32,000 nucleotides of DNA from Rhodocyclales bacterium (GTDB lineage Bacteria; Pseudomonadota; Gammaproteobacteria; Burkholderiales; Rhodocyclaceae). The translations under genes and the position numbers were made by a program. The notes beneath the pieces are model-generated. The model did no database searches. It saw only the letters and a list, made by a program, of their open reading frames with translations, and was not told the origin of the DNA. Numbering within the stretch: position 1 is the first letter of the stretch; the number at the start of each line of letters is the position of its first letter. Below are positions 15,840 through 24,184 of the stretch, one piece after another. The DNA is taken from NCBI GenBank assembly GCA_043743785.1, contig JAYTVW010000067.1:1-32000 (forward strand), written 5' to 3'.

Positions 15840-18719
15840 ATGAGCCATACAGATAGCCTGTTCGAAGATTCCGCCGTCACCCTGAAGGATCAGGAGATTT
15901 CCGGCGAGGTGTTGCTGGAAAAATACGCCAAGGGCGATGAAAAGGGCGTCTCCGACGTTCGTCGGCGCGTTGCCAAGGCCTTGGCCGGCGTGGAAGCCGA
16001 AGACAAGCGGGCTCATTGGGAAAAGCTCTTCCTGGAAGCCCAGGAACAAGGTTTCGTGCCCGCCGGCCGTATAAATTCCGCCGCCGGCACCGACCTTACC
16101 GCCACCCTCATCAACTGCTTCGTGCAGCCCGTGGGGGATTCCATCTCGGAGGTGCGCGACGGCCGCCCCGGCATCTATACCGCCCTGCAGCAGTCCGCCG
16201 AAACCATGCGGCGCGGTGGCGGCGTGGGCTACGATTTTTCAAGCATCCGGCCTTCAGGCGCCCATGTGAAGGGCACCCAGAGCCGGGCCTCCGGCCCTGT
16301 TTCCTACATGCGCGTCTTCGACCGCTCCTGCGAGACGGTGGAATCCGCCGGAGCCCGCCGCGGCGCCCAGATGGGCGTGCTGCGCTGCGACCATCCGGAC
16401 ATCGAAGCCTTCATCCACGCCAAGGACAAGGGCGACCTGTCCAACTTCAATATCTCCGTGGGCGTTACCGACGCCTTCATGCAGGCCGTCGAAAGCGACG
16501 GCTTTGTTGAGCTGGTGCACAAATCCGAGCCCTCCGACGACATCAAGCAAGCCGGCGCCTACCAACGGGAAGACGGCCTGTGGGTGTATAGGAAGCCCCG
16601 TGCCCGCGAGTTGTGGGACCAGGTCATGCGCTCCACCTATGATCACGCGGAGCCGGGCATCCTGTTCCTGGACCGCATGAACAAGGACAACAACCTCTAC
16701 TACTGCGAGACCATCGAGGCCACCAACCCCTGCGCCGAACAGCCCCTGCCGCCCTACGGCTGCTGCTGCCTGGGATCCATCAACCTCACCCGCTTCGTCA
16801 CCAGCCCCTTCGGCTTTTCCGGCTCCCCGGTGTTCGACTTTCCGTCCTTCGGCAAGGTCGTCGAGACCGCCACGCGCATGCTGGACAATGTGCTGGAACT
16901 GACCCACTGGCCCCTGCCCCAGCAGTCCGACGAAGCCGCCTCCAAGCGCCGCGTCGGCCTGGGTTTCACCGGACTGGGGGACGCCCTCATCATGCTGGGC
17001 CTGCGCTACGACACCCCGGAAGCCCGCGCCATGGCGGCAAAGGTTTCCGAGTTCATGCGCGACAAGGCCTACCTGGCCTCCGTGGATCTGGCCCGGGAAC
17101 GGGGCGCCTTCCCCCTCTTCAACGGCGACCTCTACCTGTCCGGGGGCAACTTCGCCTCGCGTCTACCCACGGAAGTGAAGGACCAGATCAGAAAGCACGG
17201 TCTGAGGAATTCCCACCTGCTGTCCATCGCCCCCACCGGCACCATTTCCCTGGCCTTCGCCGACAATGCCTCGAACGGTATCGAGCCGCCCTTCTCCTGG
17301 ACCTACACCCGCAAGAAGCGCATGGCCGACGGCACCCACAAGGACTACGCGGTGGAGGACTACGCCTGGCGCCTGTACCGCCATCTGGGCGGCGACGTGA
17401 ACAAGCTGCCCGCCTACTTCGTCACGGCCCTGGAGATTTCCGCCCAGGCCCACGAGCAAATGGTGGCGGCCGTGGCCCCGTCCATCGACACCTCCATCTC
17501 CAAGACCGTGAACGTGCCCGGCGACTACCCCTACACCGATTTCGAGGACCTCTACATGGAGGCCTGGAAGTCCGGCCTCAAGGGCCTGGCCACCTATCGG
17601 CCCAACTCCGTGCTGGGCTCCGTGCTGTCCGTGGAACCGCCCAAAGCCGAAAAGAAGCAGCCCCAGGACGTCACCATCAACGACGCCAACCGGCGCCTGT
17701 CCATCGGCCACCTGCCGGCCCCGGTGCTGTCCAGCCTGCGCTGGCCCGGTCGACCAGAACTGCCGGACGGCAACATCGCCTGGACCTACATGCTGAATTC
17801 GCCCCAGGGCGAGTTCGCCCTGTTCGTCGGCCAGCTCGAAAACAGCGACTTTGACGGCCCCTATCCCTTCGAAGTATGGGTAAATGGCGCCGACCAACCC
17901 CGGGGCCTGGGCGCCGTCGCCAAGACCCTGTCCATGGACATGCGCAGCCAGGATCGGGCTTGGCTCAAGTTGAAGCTGGACACCCTGGCCATGACCGTGG
18001 GCGAAAAGAGCTTCGAAATTCCCCTGCCCCCCCACGGCGAAAAGAAGATCGTGCCCGGCGTGGTTTCCGCCTTTGCCCAGGTGGTGCGCTACCGCTGCGA
18101 AAAACTGAACGCCCTGGACGTGGTGGACGGTGAATACGCATCCCCGGTGCTGGACACCCTGTTCGCCCTGAACGAGCCGAAGACCGGCACCGACGGCACC
18201 CTGTCCTGGACGGTGGACATCCAGAACCCGGCCACCTCGGAAGATTTTGTGCTGGGCCTGAAGGAAATCACCCTGCCGGATGGCGTAACCCGGCCCTACT
18301 CCATGTGGCTCTCCGGCAACTATCCGCGGGCACTGGATGGCCTGTCCCGCATCCTGTCCCTGGATATGCGCATCATGGACCCGGCCTGGATCGGCATGAA
18401 ACTGAGGAAGTTGCTGTCCTACCCGGAACCCCTGGGTGACTTCATGGCCTTCGTGCCTGGCACCCGCCGCCAGCAAAACTGGCCTTCCACCGTGGCCTAC
18501 ATTGCCCAGCTCATCATCCACCGCTACGCCATGCTCGGCGTGCTGGACGAAAAGGGCTATCCCCTGCGCGACATGGGTATCCTGGAATCCCCCCGGGACG
18601 CCAACGAACCCCAGCTCATGCAGGGCAAGCAGTGCAGCGAATGCGGCAACGCCTCGGTCATCCGTAAGGACGGCTGCGACTTCTGCACCGCCTGCGGCGC
18701 CGTCGGCACCTGCGGCTGA
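15840..18719 (+). CDS. nrdJ: adenosylcobalamin-dependent (class II) ribonucleotide reductase
   Basis: [33 protein letters not shown] (active-site region), and a C-terminal Cys-rich tail CSECG…[15 protein letters not shown] Shine-Dalgarno lies before ATG 15840; the ORF track starts at TTG 15726. Confidence 0.92.
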   Translation: MSHTDSLFEDSAVTLKDQEISGEVLLEKYAKGDEKGVSDVRRRVAKALAGVEAEDKRAHWEKLFLEAQEQGFVPAGRINSAAGTDLTATLINCFVQPVGDSISEVRDGRPGIYTALQQSAETMRRGGGVGYDFSSIRPSGAHVKGTQSRASGPVSYMRVFDRSCETVESAGARRGAQMGVLRCDHPDIEAFIHAKDKGDLSNFNISVGVTDAFMQAVESDGFVELVHKSEPSDDIKQAGAYQREDGLWVYRKPRARELWDQVMRSTYDHAEPGILFLDRMNKDNNLYYCETIEATNPCAEQPLPPYGCCCLGSINLTRFVTSPFGFSGSPVFDFPSFGKVVETATRMLDNVLELTHWPLPQQSDEAASKRRVGLGFTGLGDALIMLGLRYDTPEARAMAAKVSEFMRDKAYLASVDLARERGAFPLFNGDLYLSGGNFASRLPTEVKDQIRKHGLRNSHLLSIAPTGTISLAFADNASNGIEPPFSWTYTRKKRMADGTHKDYAVEDYAWRLYRHLGGDVNKLPAYFVTALEISAQAHEQMVAAVAPSIDTSISKTVNVPGDYPYTDFEDLYMEAWKSGLKGLATYRPNSVLGSVLSVEPPKAEKKQPQDVTINDANRRLSIGHLPAPVLSSLRWPGRPELPDGNIAWTYMLNSPQGEFALFVGQLENSDFDGPYPFEVWVNGADQPRGLGAVAKTLSMDMRSQDRAWLKLKLDTLAMTVGEKSFEIPLPPHGEKKIVPGVVSAFAQVVRYRCEKLNALDVVDGEYASPVLDTLFALNEPKTGTDGTLSWTVDIQNPATSEDFVLGLKEITLPDGVTRPYSMWLSGNYPRALDGLSRILSLDMRIMDPAWIGMKLRKLLSYPEPLGDFMAFVPGTRRQQNWPSTVAYIAQLIIHRYAMLGVLDEKGYPLRDMGILESPRDANEPQLMQGKQCSECGNASVIRKDGCDFCTACGAVGTCG

Positions 18720-18760
18720 CCTAGCCTGAATGTTGCCTGAGTTACCGTGTGATTTGAAGC

Positions 18761-18794
18761 GTGGCCCCCATAAGGTGAAACTTCGGGGGGCCAC
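18761..18794. terminator. hairpin between convergent nrdJ and GDT1-family gene
   Basis: GTGGCCCCC-N16-GGGGGCCAC, a 9-bp GC stem with no U-tract. Confidence 0.35.
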
Positions 18795-18847
18795 GGCTCA
18801 CACGGCTTGATCGCGGCTACCACCAGGGTCGTGCTCTGCCAGGCAAT

Positions 18848-19423
18848 TCAGAACCCGAAGCGCTGCCCGGCCCCCAGGAGGGTGGCGATGCCCAGGATGG
18901 CGAAAATGGCTGCGGCGATGGCGTGCACCAGGCGTACCGGCATGCGGTGGGCGATGCGATCCCCCAGCAGCACGGCGGGCACGTTGGCGATCATCATGCC
19001 CAGGGTAGTGCCGGCCACCACAATGAAGAGGCTGTGGTACTCGGCCGCCAGGGCCACCGTCGCCACCTGGGTCTTGTCCCCCATTTCCGCCAGGAAGAAA
19101 GCCACGATGGTGGTGCCAAAAACGCCGAATTTCGCCAGTTTGGCGTCTTCTTCGTCGAACTTGTCCGGCACCAGGGTCCACACCGCCATCGCCACGAAGG
19201 ACACGCCCAGCACCCAGCGCAAGCTTTCGGGACTCATGAGCTGGGTGATCCAGGCCCCCAGGGCGCCGGCCATGCCGTGGTTGGCGATGGTAGACACGAA
19301 AATACCCAGGATGATGGGTAGGGGTTTCCGGAACTTGGCCGCCAGGATAAAGGCCAAGAGTTGGGTCTTGTCGCCGATTTCAGCGAGGGCAACGATGCCC
19401 GTGGAGACGAGGAAGGCTTCCAT
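18848..19423 (-). CDS. GDT1/TMEM165 (UPF0016) family cation (Mn2+/Ca2+) transporter
   Basis: Two copies of the family signature E-x-G-D-K-T (LAEIGDKTQ and LAEMGDKTQ) in a 6-TM protein of 191 aa. Confidence 0.85.
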   Translation of the reverse strand: MEAFLVSTGIVALAEIGDKTQLLAFILAAKFRKPLPIILGIFVSTIANHGMAGALGAWITQLMSPESLRWVLGVSFVAMAVWTLVPDKFDEEDAKLAKFGVFGTTIVAFFLAEMGDKTQVATVALAAEYHSLFIVVAGTTLGMMIANVPAVLLGDRIAHRMPVRLVHAIAAAIFAILGIATLLGAGQRFGF

Positions 19424-19509
19424 TTGGTCCCGAGTTTCTGAAAAATGCTGCGCAGTGTACTACCGCTTCACTCGTCGGCAGGCGATCAGCTTTGAATTGA
19501 AAACGAATT

Positions 19510-19636
19510 AAACGCCGAGGCGCAGAGGCGCCGAGAAAACAAGGGCATACCAATAGTGGCCATCACCCCAAACGGGAGGGAGACATGCCTGTATCAAGTT
19601 CTTGTTGTTCCTCTGCGTCTCGGCGCCTCGGCGTTT
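19510..19636. repeat. long imperfect inverted repeat (structured intergenic element)
   Basis: AAACGCCGAGGCG (19510-19522) pairs perfectly with CGCCTCGGCGTTT (19624-19636). The arms continue with CAGAGG/CGCCGAGA modules in permuted order. The element shares the 14-mer AGGCGCCGAGAAAA with the ackA terminator (15550-15563). Confidence 0.5.
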
Positions 19637-19676
19637 CAATCTGGCTTTTCCAGCCAGCCATTAGCTTCAAGAGGTT

Positions 19677-19698
19677 GTGCCTGGCGGCACGCCCTACG
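19677..19698 (-). repeat. single GTAG-headed REP-like hairpin just downstream of the C-S lyase stop
   Basis: The minus strand reads CGTAGGGCGTGCC-gcca-GGCAC, with the same GTAGGGCG head as the 10139 element. Confidence 0.45.
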
Positions 19699-19709
19699 AA
19701 TGCTGCGCT

Positions 19710-20882
19710 CTACAAACTCGCAACAGCCCGCGCCATTCGCGCCAGGGCCTCATCCAGGGTGGTCCGGGGGCAGCCGAAATTGAGGCGCACGAAACCCGGG
19801 GCGCCGAAGTCCCGGCCATCCGACAGGCCCACGCCGGCCGCCTCGAAGAAGGCCGCCGGATGCTCCTGCCCCAGGCCCCGGGCATCGATCCAGGCCAGGT
19901 AGGTGGCCTCCACCGTCGTCGTGGTCAAACCGGGCATGGCATTCACCGCCTCCTCCAGGCGCCGGGCATTGCCCCGCAGATAGTCGACGAGTTCCCGGCG
20001 CCAAGGCTCACCATGCCGGTAGGCCGCTTCCGTCGCCGCATAGCCCAGCACATTCACATGGGGCACGATGCCGGCCATGGCGGTGTGGAAATCGTGGCGC
20101 AGGCCGGCATCCGGGATCACCGCGAAGGCGCAGCCCAGGCCGGGCACGTTCCAGGTCTTGGAGGGTGCCATGAGGGTGATGCTGCGGCGGGCCGCTTCCT
20201 CCCCCAGGGCGGCGAAAGGCAGGTGGCACAAGGCCGGGTCCAGCACCAGACCGCAGTGAATTTCATCGGAGCAGACCACCAGATCGAAGCGCTCGGCGAG
20301 CCGCGCCACTTCCTGCAATTCCTCCCGGGTGAATACCCGCCCCACCGGGTTGTGGGGATTGCACAGCAGCAGCAGCTTCGTATCCGGGTTCTGCTCAAGG
20401 GTGGCCGCCACGGCCTCAAAATCCCATTCCCAACGCCCCTCCGCCAGAACCAGCGGCGTGCTGACCACCTTGCGATCACTGAAATAGGGGGATGAGAAGA
20501 ACGGCGGATAAATGGGGCTGGCGGTAAAAACCCCGTCCCCCGGCTTGCCCACGGCCCGGCAGGCCACATTCAGGCCCGTGACCAGGCCCGGCAGCCAGAC
20601 GATCCAGGCCGGGTCGATGTGCCAGTCGAAGTCCCGCTGCAGGGATTCCACCACGGCCCCCACCAGGGAGCGGGAAGCGTCGCCGTAGCCGAATACACCA
20701 TGCGCGATGCGTTCCAAGAGGGCCGCCAGAACAGAAGGCGGTGAGACGAAATCCATGTCCGCCACCCACAGGGGAATCACATCCCGACCGGCGTATTTGC
20801 GCCACTTGATGCTGTCGCTGCCACGCCGGTCCACCGGTGTGTCGAAATCAAAATCCACTTTTCTCTCCGGGATGAGATTCAT
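19710..20882 (-). CDS. PatB/MalY-type PLP-dependent C-S lyase (class I/II aminotransferase fold)
   Basis: FDTPVDRRGSDSIKW…IPLWVADMDF N-terminus and the PLP-lysine motif APSKTWNVPGL. Start taken at ATG 20882 (MNLIPE) rather than ORF-track 20960. Confidence 0.85.
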   Translation of the reverse strand: MNLIPERKVDFDFDTPVDRRGSDSIKWRKYAGRDVIPLWVADMDFVSPPSVLAALLERIAHGVFGYGDASRSLVGAVVESLQRDFDWHIDPAWIVWLPGLVTGLNVACRAVGKPGDGVFTASPIYPPFFSSPYFSDRKVVSTPLVLAEGRWEWDFEAVAATLEQNPDTKLLLLCNPHNPVGRVFTREELQEVARLAERFDLVVCSDEIHCGLVLDPALCHLPFAALGEEAARRSITLMAPSKTWNVPGLGCAFAVIPDAGLRHDFHTAMAGIVPHVNVLGYAATEAAYRHGEPWRRELVDYLRGNARRLEEAVNAMPGLTTTTVEATYLAWIDARGLGQEHPAAFFEAAGVGLSDGRDFGAPGFVRLNFGCPRTTLDEALARMARAVASL

Positions 20883-20920
20883 CAAACGCCATGATCCCGG
20901 AAAGCGCGGCCAGCGGCCAC

Positions 20921-20955
20921 AAAAAAAAAGCGGCGGAACCCGGGGGTTCCGCCGC
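20921..20955 (-). terminator. rho-independent terminator after the CpxP/Spy-like gene
   Basis: The minus strand has GCGGCGGAACCC-cc-GGGTTCCGCCGC (12-bp stem) followed by T9. Confidence 0.8.
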
Positions 20956-20984
20956 AGCACCGTCGCCGCTCGACGTAAAACCTG

Positions 20985-21506
20985 TTACTTGGCGTCCGGC
21001 TTGGCCTTGGCGCCCGGCTTGCCATGGCGATGTTGCGCATAGCCGCCGTCGTGGTCCCGGTGCCCTTGCATGAAATTGGCGTCGAAGGTCTTCTGCTGTT
21101 CCGGCGTGAGCGTGGCGTAGAACACCTTCACTGCGGCGATACGGGTGGCCTGGCGGTCCTGGTGTTCCTTGGACAGGGTTTGCATGCGATCCATGCGTTC
21201 CGGTGTCGGCAGCTTGGACAGGGCTTCGAAATCGGGTCGGGCCGCCATGGGCATGGGCTTGGTCTTGTCCGCAAAAGCCTTCCAGGCCGGCTCCTGCTGG
21301 TCCGTCAGCTTAAGGCTAGCGTGCAGGTCAGCCAGACGCTTCTCGGCGAACTTGGCCATTTTTTCCGGGTCGGGCCGCTGCCAGCCACGCTGGGCTGGGC
21401 AGTCGTCCATATCCTTGGGACCGGGGCCGCCCTTGTCGGCGTGGGCTGCGGCGGCGAGGCCGAGAGCGGCCAGGGCAATGAACAGGGTCTTGTGCAGGGT
21501 TTTCAT
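20985..21506 (-). CDS. periplasmic CpxP/Spy/ZraP-family (LTXXQ) protein with His-rich tail
   Basis: Signal peptide MKTLHKTLFIALAALGLAAAAHA. Two LTXXQ motifs (LKLTDQQ, TLTPEQQ). C-terminal tail HRDHDGGYAQHRHGK. AAGGAGA Shine-Dalgarno. Confidence 0.8.
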   Translation of the reverse strand: MKTLHKTLFIALAALGLAAAAHADKGGPGPKDMDDCPAQRGWQRPDPEKMAKFAEKRLADLHASLKLTDQQEPAWKAFADKTKPMPMAARPDFEALSKLPTPERMDRMQTLSKEHQDRQATRIAAVKVFYATLTPEQQKTFDANFMQGHRDHDGGYAQHRHGKPGAKAKPDAK

Positions 21507-21603
21507 GTGGTGTTCTCCTTGATGGGTTGGTTAGCTGCGGATTGCGAACGGTGCCCATTCTGGTGGTGCCGTGTATCGGCAGTGTGTCTCGCCATGACGG
21601 ATT

Positions 21604-21674
21604 TGTAAGCTATTTGTATCCGCTGTAAAGCAGGCTCCGGCCACGCTTCCGGTCTTGATACGCAAGGATACAAA
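21604..21674. promoter_or_regulatory. phased TGTA(A/T) direct repeats and inverted TTTGTATCC copies in the divergent promoter region
   Basis: TGTAAG (21604), TGTATC (21615) and TGTAAA (24-29 of the same line, 21624) are spaced 11 and 9 bp apart. GATACGCAAGGATACAAA (21657-21674) is the reverse-complement partner carrying TTTGTATCC. The pattern resembles OmpR/CpxR-type GTAAA-N5-GTAAA sites. Confidence 0.35.
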
Positions 21675-21690
21675 GCCGGGCTTTCGGCCT

Positions 21691-21717
21691 GGGGCGGAAA
21701 GGGCATAATTCCGCCCC
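21691..21717 (+). promoter_or_regulatory. 9-bp GC-rich hairpin abutting the response-regulator start codon
   Basis: GGGGCGGAA-agggcataa-TTCCGCCCC ends one nucleotide before ATG 21718. No free Shine-Dalgarno sequence is visible. Confidence 0.4.
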
Positions 21718-22446
21718 ATGGAACCCCTGCCCCAGATCCTGGTGGTCGACGACGACCGCGACATCCGCAGCCTGCTGGCCGATTACCTGGACAGCAACGG
21801 CTTTCACACCCTCACGGCCGCCGACGGCGCCGGTATGTGGCGCGCTCTGGATAGCAGCACGCCGGACCTCCTGGTGCTGGACCTGAACCTGCCCGGCGAA
21901 GACGGCCTGGCCCTGTGCCGCAGCTTGCGGGCCAGTTCCAGCCTGCCGGTAATCATGCTGACCGCCCGCAGCGAGCCGGTGGATCGCATCCTGGGCCTGG
22001 AGATGGGAGCGGACGATTACATTCCCAAACCCTTCGAACCGCGGGAACTACTGGCGCGCATCAAGAGCGTGCTGCGCCGGACCCACGCCCTGCCGCCGAA
22101 CATGGAGCCGCCAAAGGCCGGCAGGATGCACTTCGCTGGCTGGACCCTGGACCTGCGGGCGCGCCATCTGCTGGATGCCCGGGGCGTGGTGGTGTCTCTC
22201 TCCGGCGCCGAATTCCGCCTGCTGAAAATCCTCGTGGATCACCATAACCGGGTGCTCAATCGGGACCAGTTGCTCAACCTGGCCCGGGGCCGGGATGCGG
22301 ATCCCTTCGACCGCTCGATCGACCTGCAGGTGAGCCGCCTGCGCCAGAAGCTGGGGGACGATGCCAAGTCGCCCCAGATCATCAAGACGGTGAGGAACGA
22401 AGGCTACGTGCTGGTGGCCACGGTAGCCCTGGAGCAGGAGGCGTGA
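21718..22446 (+). CDS. OmpR/PhoB-family response regulator
   Basis: ILVVDDD…LLVLDLNLPGEDG…MLTAR…DDYIPKPF receiver domain, plus a winged-helix region LSGAEFRLLKIL…IKTVRNEGYVL. Confidence 0.9.
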   Translation: MEPLPQILVVDDDRDIRSLLADYLDSNGFHTLTAADGAGMWRALDSSTPDLLVLDLNLPGEDGLALCRSLRASSSLPVIMLTARSEPVDRILGLEMGADDYIPKPFEPRELLARIKSVLRRTHALPPNMEPPKAGRMHFAGWTLDLRARHLLDARGVVVSLSGAEFRLLKILVDHHNRVLNRDQLLNLARGRDADPFDRSIDLQVSRLRQKLGDDAKSPQIIKTVRNEGYVLVATVALEQEA

Positions 22447-23801
22447 AGAATCCCTGGAATTCCATGGCCGGCCGGGTGTTTCTCATCCTGGTGGCCGGCG
22501 TGCTGGCCTCGGCCCTGCTGACCAATTTCCTCTCCCGTCAGGAGCGGCAAGCCATGGTGGGCCAGTTGCGTGGCGCCCACGCGGCGGACCGCATTGTGCA
22601 ACTGGTGCAAACCCTGGATGCCCTGCCGCCCCAGGATCGGCGCCTGGCCCTGGCCGGCGCCTCCAGCGCCTACCTGGGGGCCGAATTCGGTAACACGGCA
22701 CGGCACGGCACACCGGACTTGGCCATGAGCGAAAGCCTGCAGCTGCGGCTGGGCATGGACCGCCACATCCGGGTGGAAAAAGACGTGGCCGGTTGCCCGG
22801 CGCCGGAACGCGCGCAGCCGCCCCATCACCGCGCTGAGCGCCCCTCCACCTGCCAGGCCACCCACCTTGAGCTGAAGGACGGCACGCCCCTGTCCCTGTT
22901 CCTGCGCATTCCGCCCCCGCCGCCGGGCCCCCTGGACAACCCTGCGGACTTGGTTTGGCTGGGCCTCTTCCTCGGCTGCATCGCCGGACTGGCTTGGCTC
23001 GTAGCCCGCATGGCCACCCGGCCCCTGCGTTCCCTGGCCCAGGCGGCGAAGGAACTGGGCCGGGATATCGACCGACCGCCCCTGGCGCTCTGCGGCCCCC
23101 AGGAGGTGCGCCATGCCGCCGCCGCCTTCAATGCCATGCAGGAGCGCATCCACCACTATGTGGGGGAACGCCTGCGCATGCTGGCAGCCATCACCCATGA
23201 CCTGCAGACGCCCCTGACCCGCCTGCGCCTGCGCCTGGAAAAAGTGGAAGACCGGGAACTACGGGACCGACTGGTGGGGGACCTCGCCGCCATGCAGACC
23301 ATGATCCGGGAGGGGCTGGATCTCGTGCGCAGTCTGGAAGGACCGCTCCCCCTGGCGCCCCTGGAACTGTCTTCCCTGCTGGACAGCCTGTGCGAGGATG
23401 CGGCGGAAGCCGGCCAGGATGTACTGCTGGATGAGGCCCGGCGCCCGACGGTGGTGGTCGCCGCCCATGCGGACAGTTTGCGGCGCTGCCTCGTGAACCT
23501 CATCGACAACGCGGTGAAATACGGCGGACAGGCAAGGGTCAGCCTGGAGCAGGATCGCGAAACGGAAAGCATCCGGGTGCGCATTCGGGACGCGGGGCCG
23601 GGCATTCCGGCCGGGCAACTGGAAGCGGTGTTCGAGCCTTTCGCCCGGCTGGAGAATTCCCGCTCCCGGGACACCGGCGGCACGGGCCTTGGCCTGACCA
23701 TTTCCCGGGAAATTGCCCGCCGCCACGGCGGTAGCCTGAGTCTTGTGAACCTGCCCGGCGGCGGCCTGGAAGCCCGTCTGGAACTGCCGGCCATGCCGTA
23801 G
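22443..23801 (+). CDS. EnvZ/CpxA-like sensor histidine kinase
   Basis: Two TM segments flank an approximately 140-aa periplasmic region, followed by HAMP, the H-box AAITHDLQTPLTRL, the N box LIDNAVKYG, and the G boxes DAGPGIP and GGTGLGLTISREIA. GTGA overlap with the regulator gene. Confidence 0.9.
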   Translation: MKNPWNSMAGRVFLILVAGVLASALLTNFLSRQERQAMVGQLRGAHAADRIVQLVQTLDALPPQDRRLALAGASSAYLGAEFGNTARHGTPDLAMSESLQLRLGMDRHIRVEKDVAGCPAPERAQPPHHRAERPSTCQATHLELKDGTPLSLFLRIPPPPPGPLDNPADLVWLGLFLGCIAGLAWLVARMATRPLRSLAQAAKELGRDIDRPPLALCGPQEVRHAAAAFNAMQERIHHYVGERLRMLAAITHDLQTPLTRLRLRLEKVEDRELRDRLVGDLAAMQTMIREGLDLVRSLEGPLPLAPLELSSLLDSLCEDAAEAGQDVLLDEARRPTVVVAAHADSLRRCLVNLIDNAVKYGGQARVSLEQDRETESIRVRIRDAGPGIPAGQLEAVFEPFARLENSRSRDTGGTGLGLTISREIARRHGGSLSLVNLPGGGLEARLELPAMP

Positions 23802-23882
23802 GATGGGTTGAGGCGCAGCCGATACCCATCAATGTCTGTGCGATCCCCCATGATGGGTATCGCTTCGCTCAACCCATCCTAC
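23798..23882. repeat. REPIN-like inverted doublet of GTAGGATGGGT-type REP elements
   Basis: GTAGGATGGGTTGAGGCGCAGCCGATACCCATCA (23798-23831) and its inverted partner TGATGGGTATCGCTTCGCTCAACCCATCCTAC (23851-23882). Each arm is itself a GATGGGT/ACCCATC hairpin. The kinase TAG stop lies inside the GTAG head. Confidence 0.65.
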
Positions 23883-23896
23883 GAATCTGCCACGCT

Positions 23897-24127
23897 TCAG
23901 GTGGCTTTATCGTTGAGCAAATCCGCCAGTTCCTCGAAGGAACTCGCGGCGACTCGCGGTGCGGGCGCATCTCTCCAGGTGGACAACACTTCGCACTGGT
24001 AATACATCTGGGTCAATTTCACCAGTGCCTCCTCCTCGGCGTCCGCGCTGATGAGCACCCGCTCCACCACAGCCCCGTTGCGCGTACGCACCCGGAATCC
24101 GAATTTTTCCGCCCGCTGGTTGGTCAT
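23897..24127 (-). CDS. small hypothetical protein (76 aa)
   Basis: Strong third-position GC bias. I prefer ATG 24127 (MTNQRAEKFGFRV…). No recognisable motif. Divergent from the M41-like gene. Confidence 0.5.
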   Translation of the reverse strand: MTNQRAEKFGFRVRTRNGAVVERVLISADAEEEALVKLTQMYYQCEVLSTWRDAPAPRVAASSFEELADLLNDKAT

Positions 24128-24184
24128 GTCCGCACCAGAAACCTGAATATGGCGTGAGTATAGGGAAATTTCCTTTCCCTGGAC

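Noticed and set aside
19444-19708. The 10-nt direct repeat AATGCTGCGC read as the target-site duplication of a MITE.
   Set aside because: No terminal inverted repeats lie immediately inside the two copies. A 10-mer repeat within about 290 nt has a non-negligible chance probability. It is mentioned only as a detail.
19424-19709. A yybP-ykoY (Mn2+) riboswitch in front of the GDT1/UPF0016 gene.
   Set aside because: I could not find the conserved GGGGAGUAG and UUGACAUA/AGCAAGAC cores on the minus strand. The nearest string is UUUGGGGUGAUGG. I kept the region as a structured-leader finding, not as a riboswitch call.
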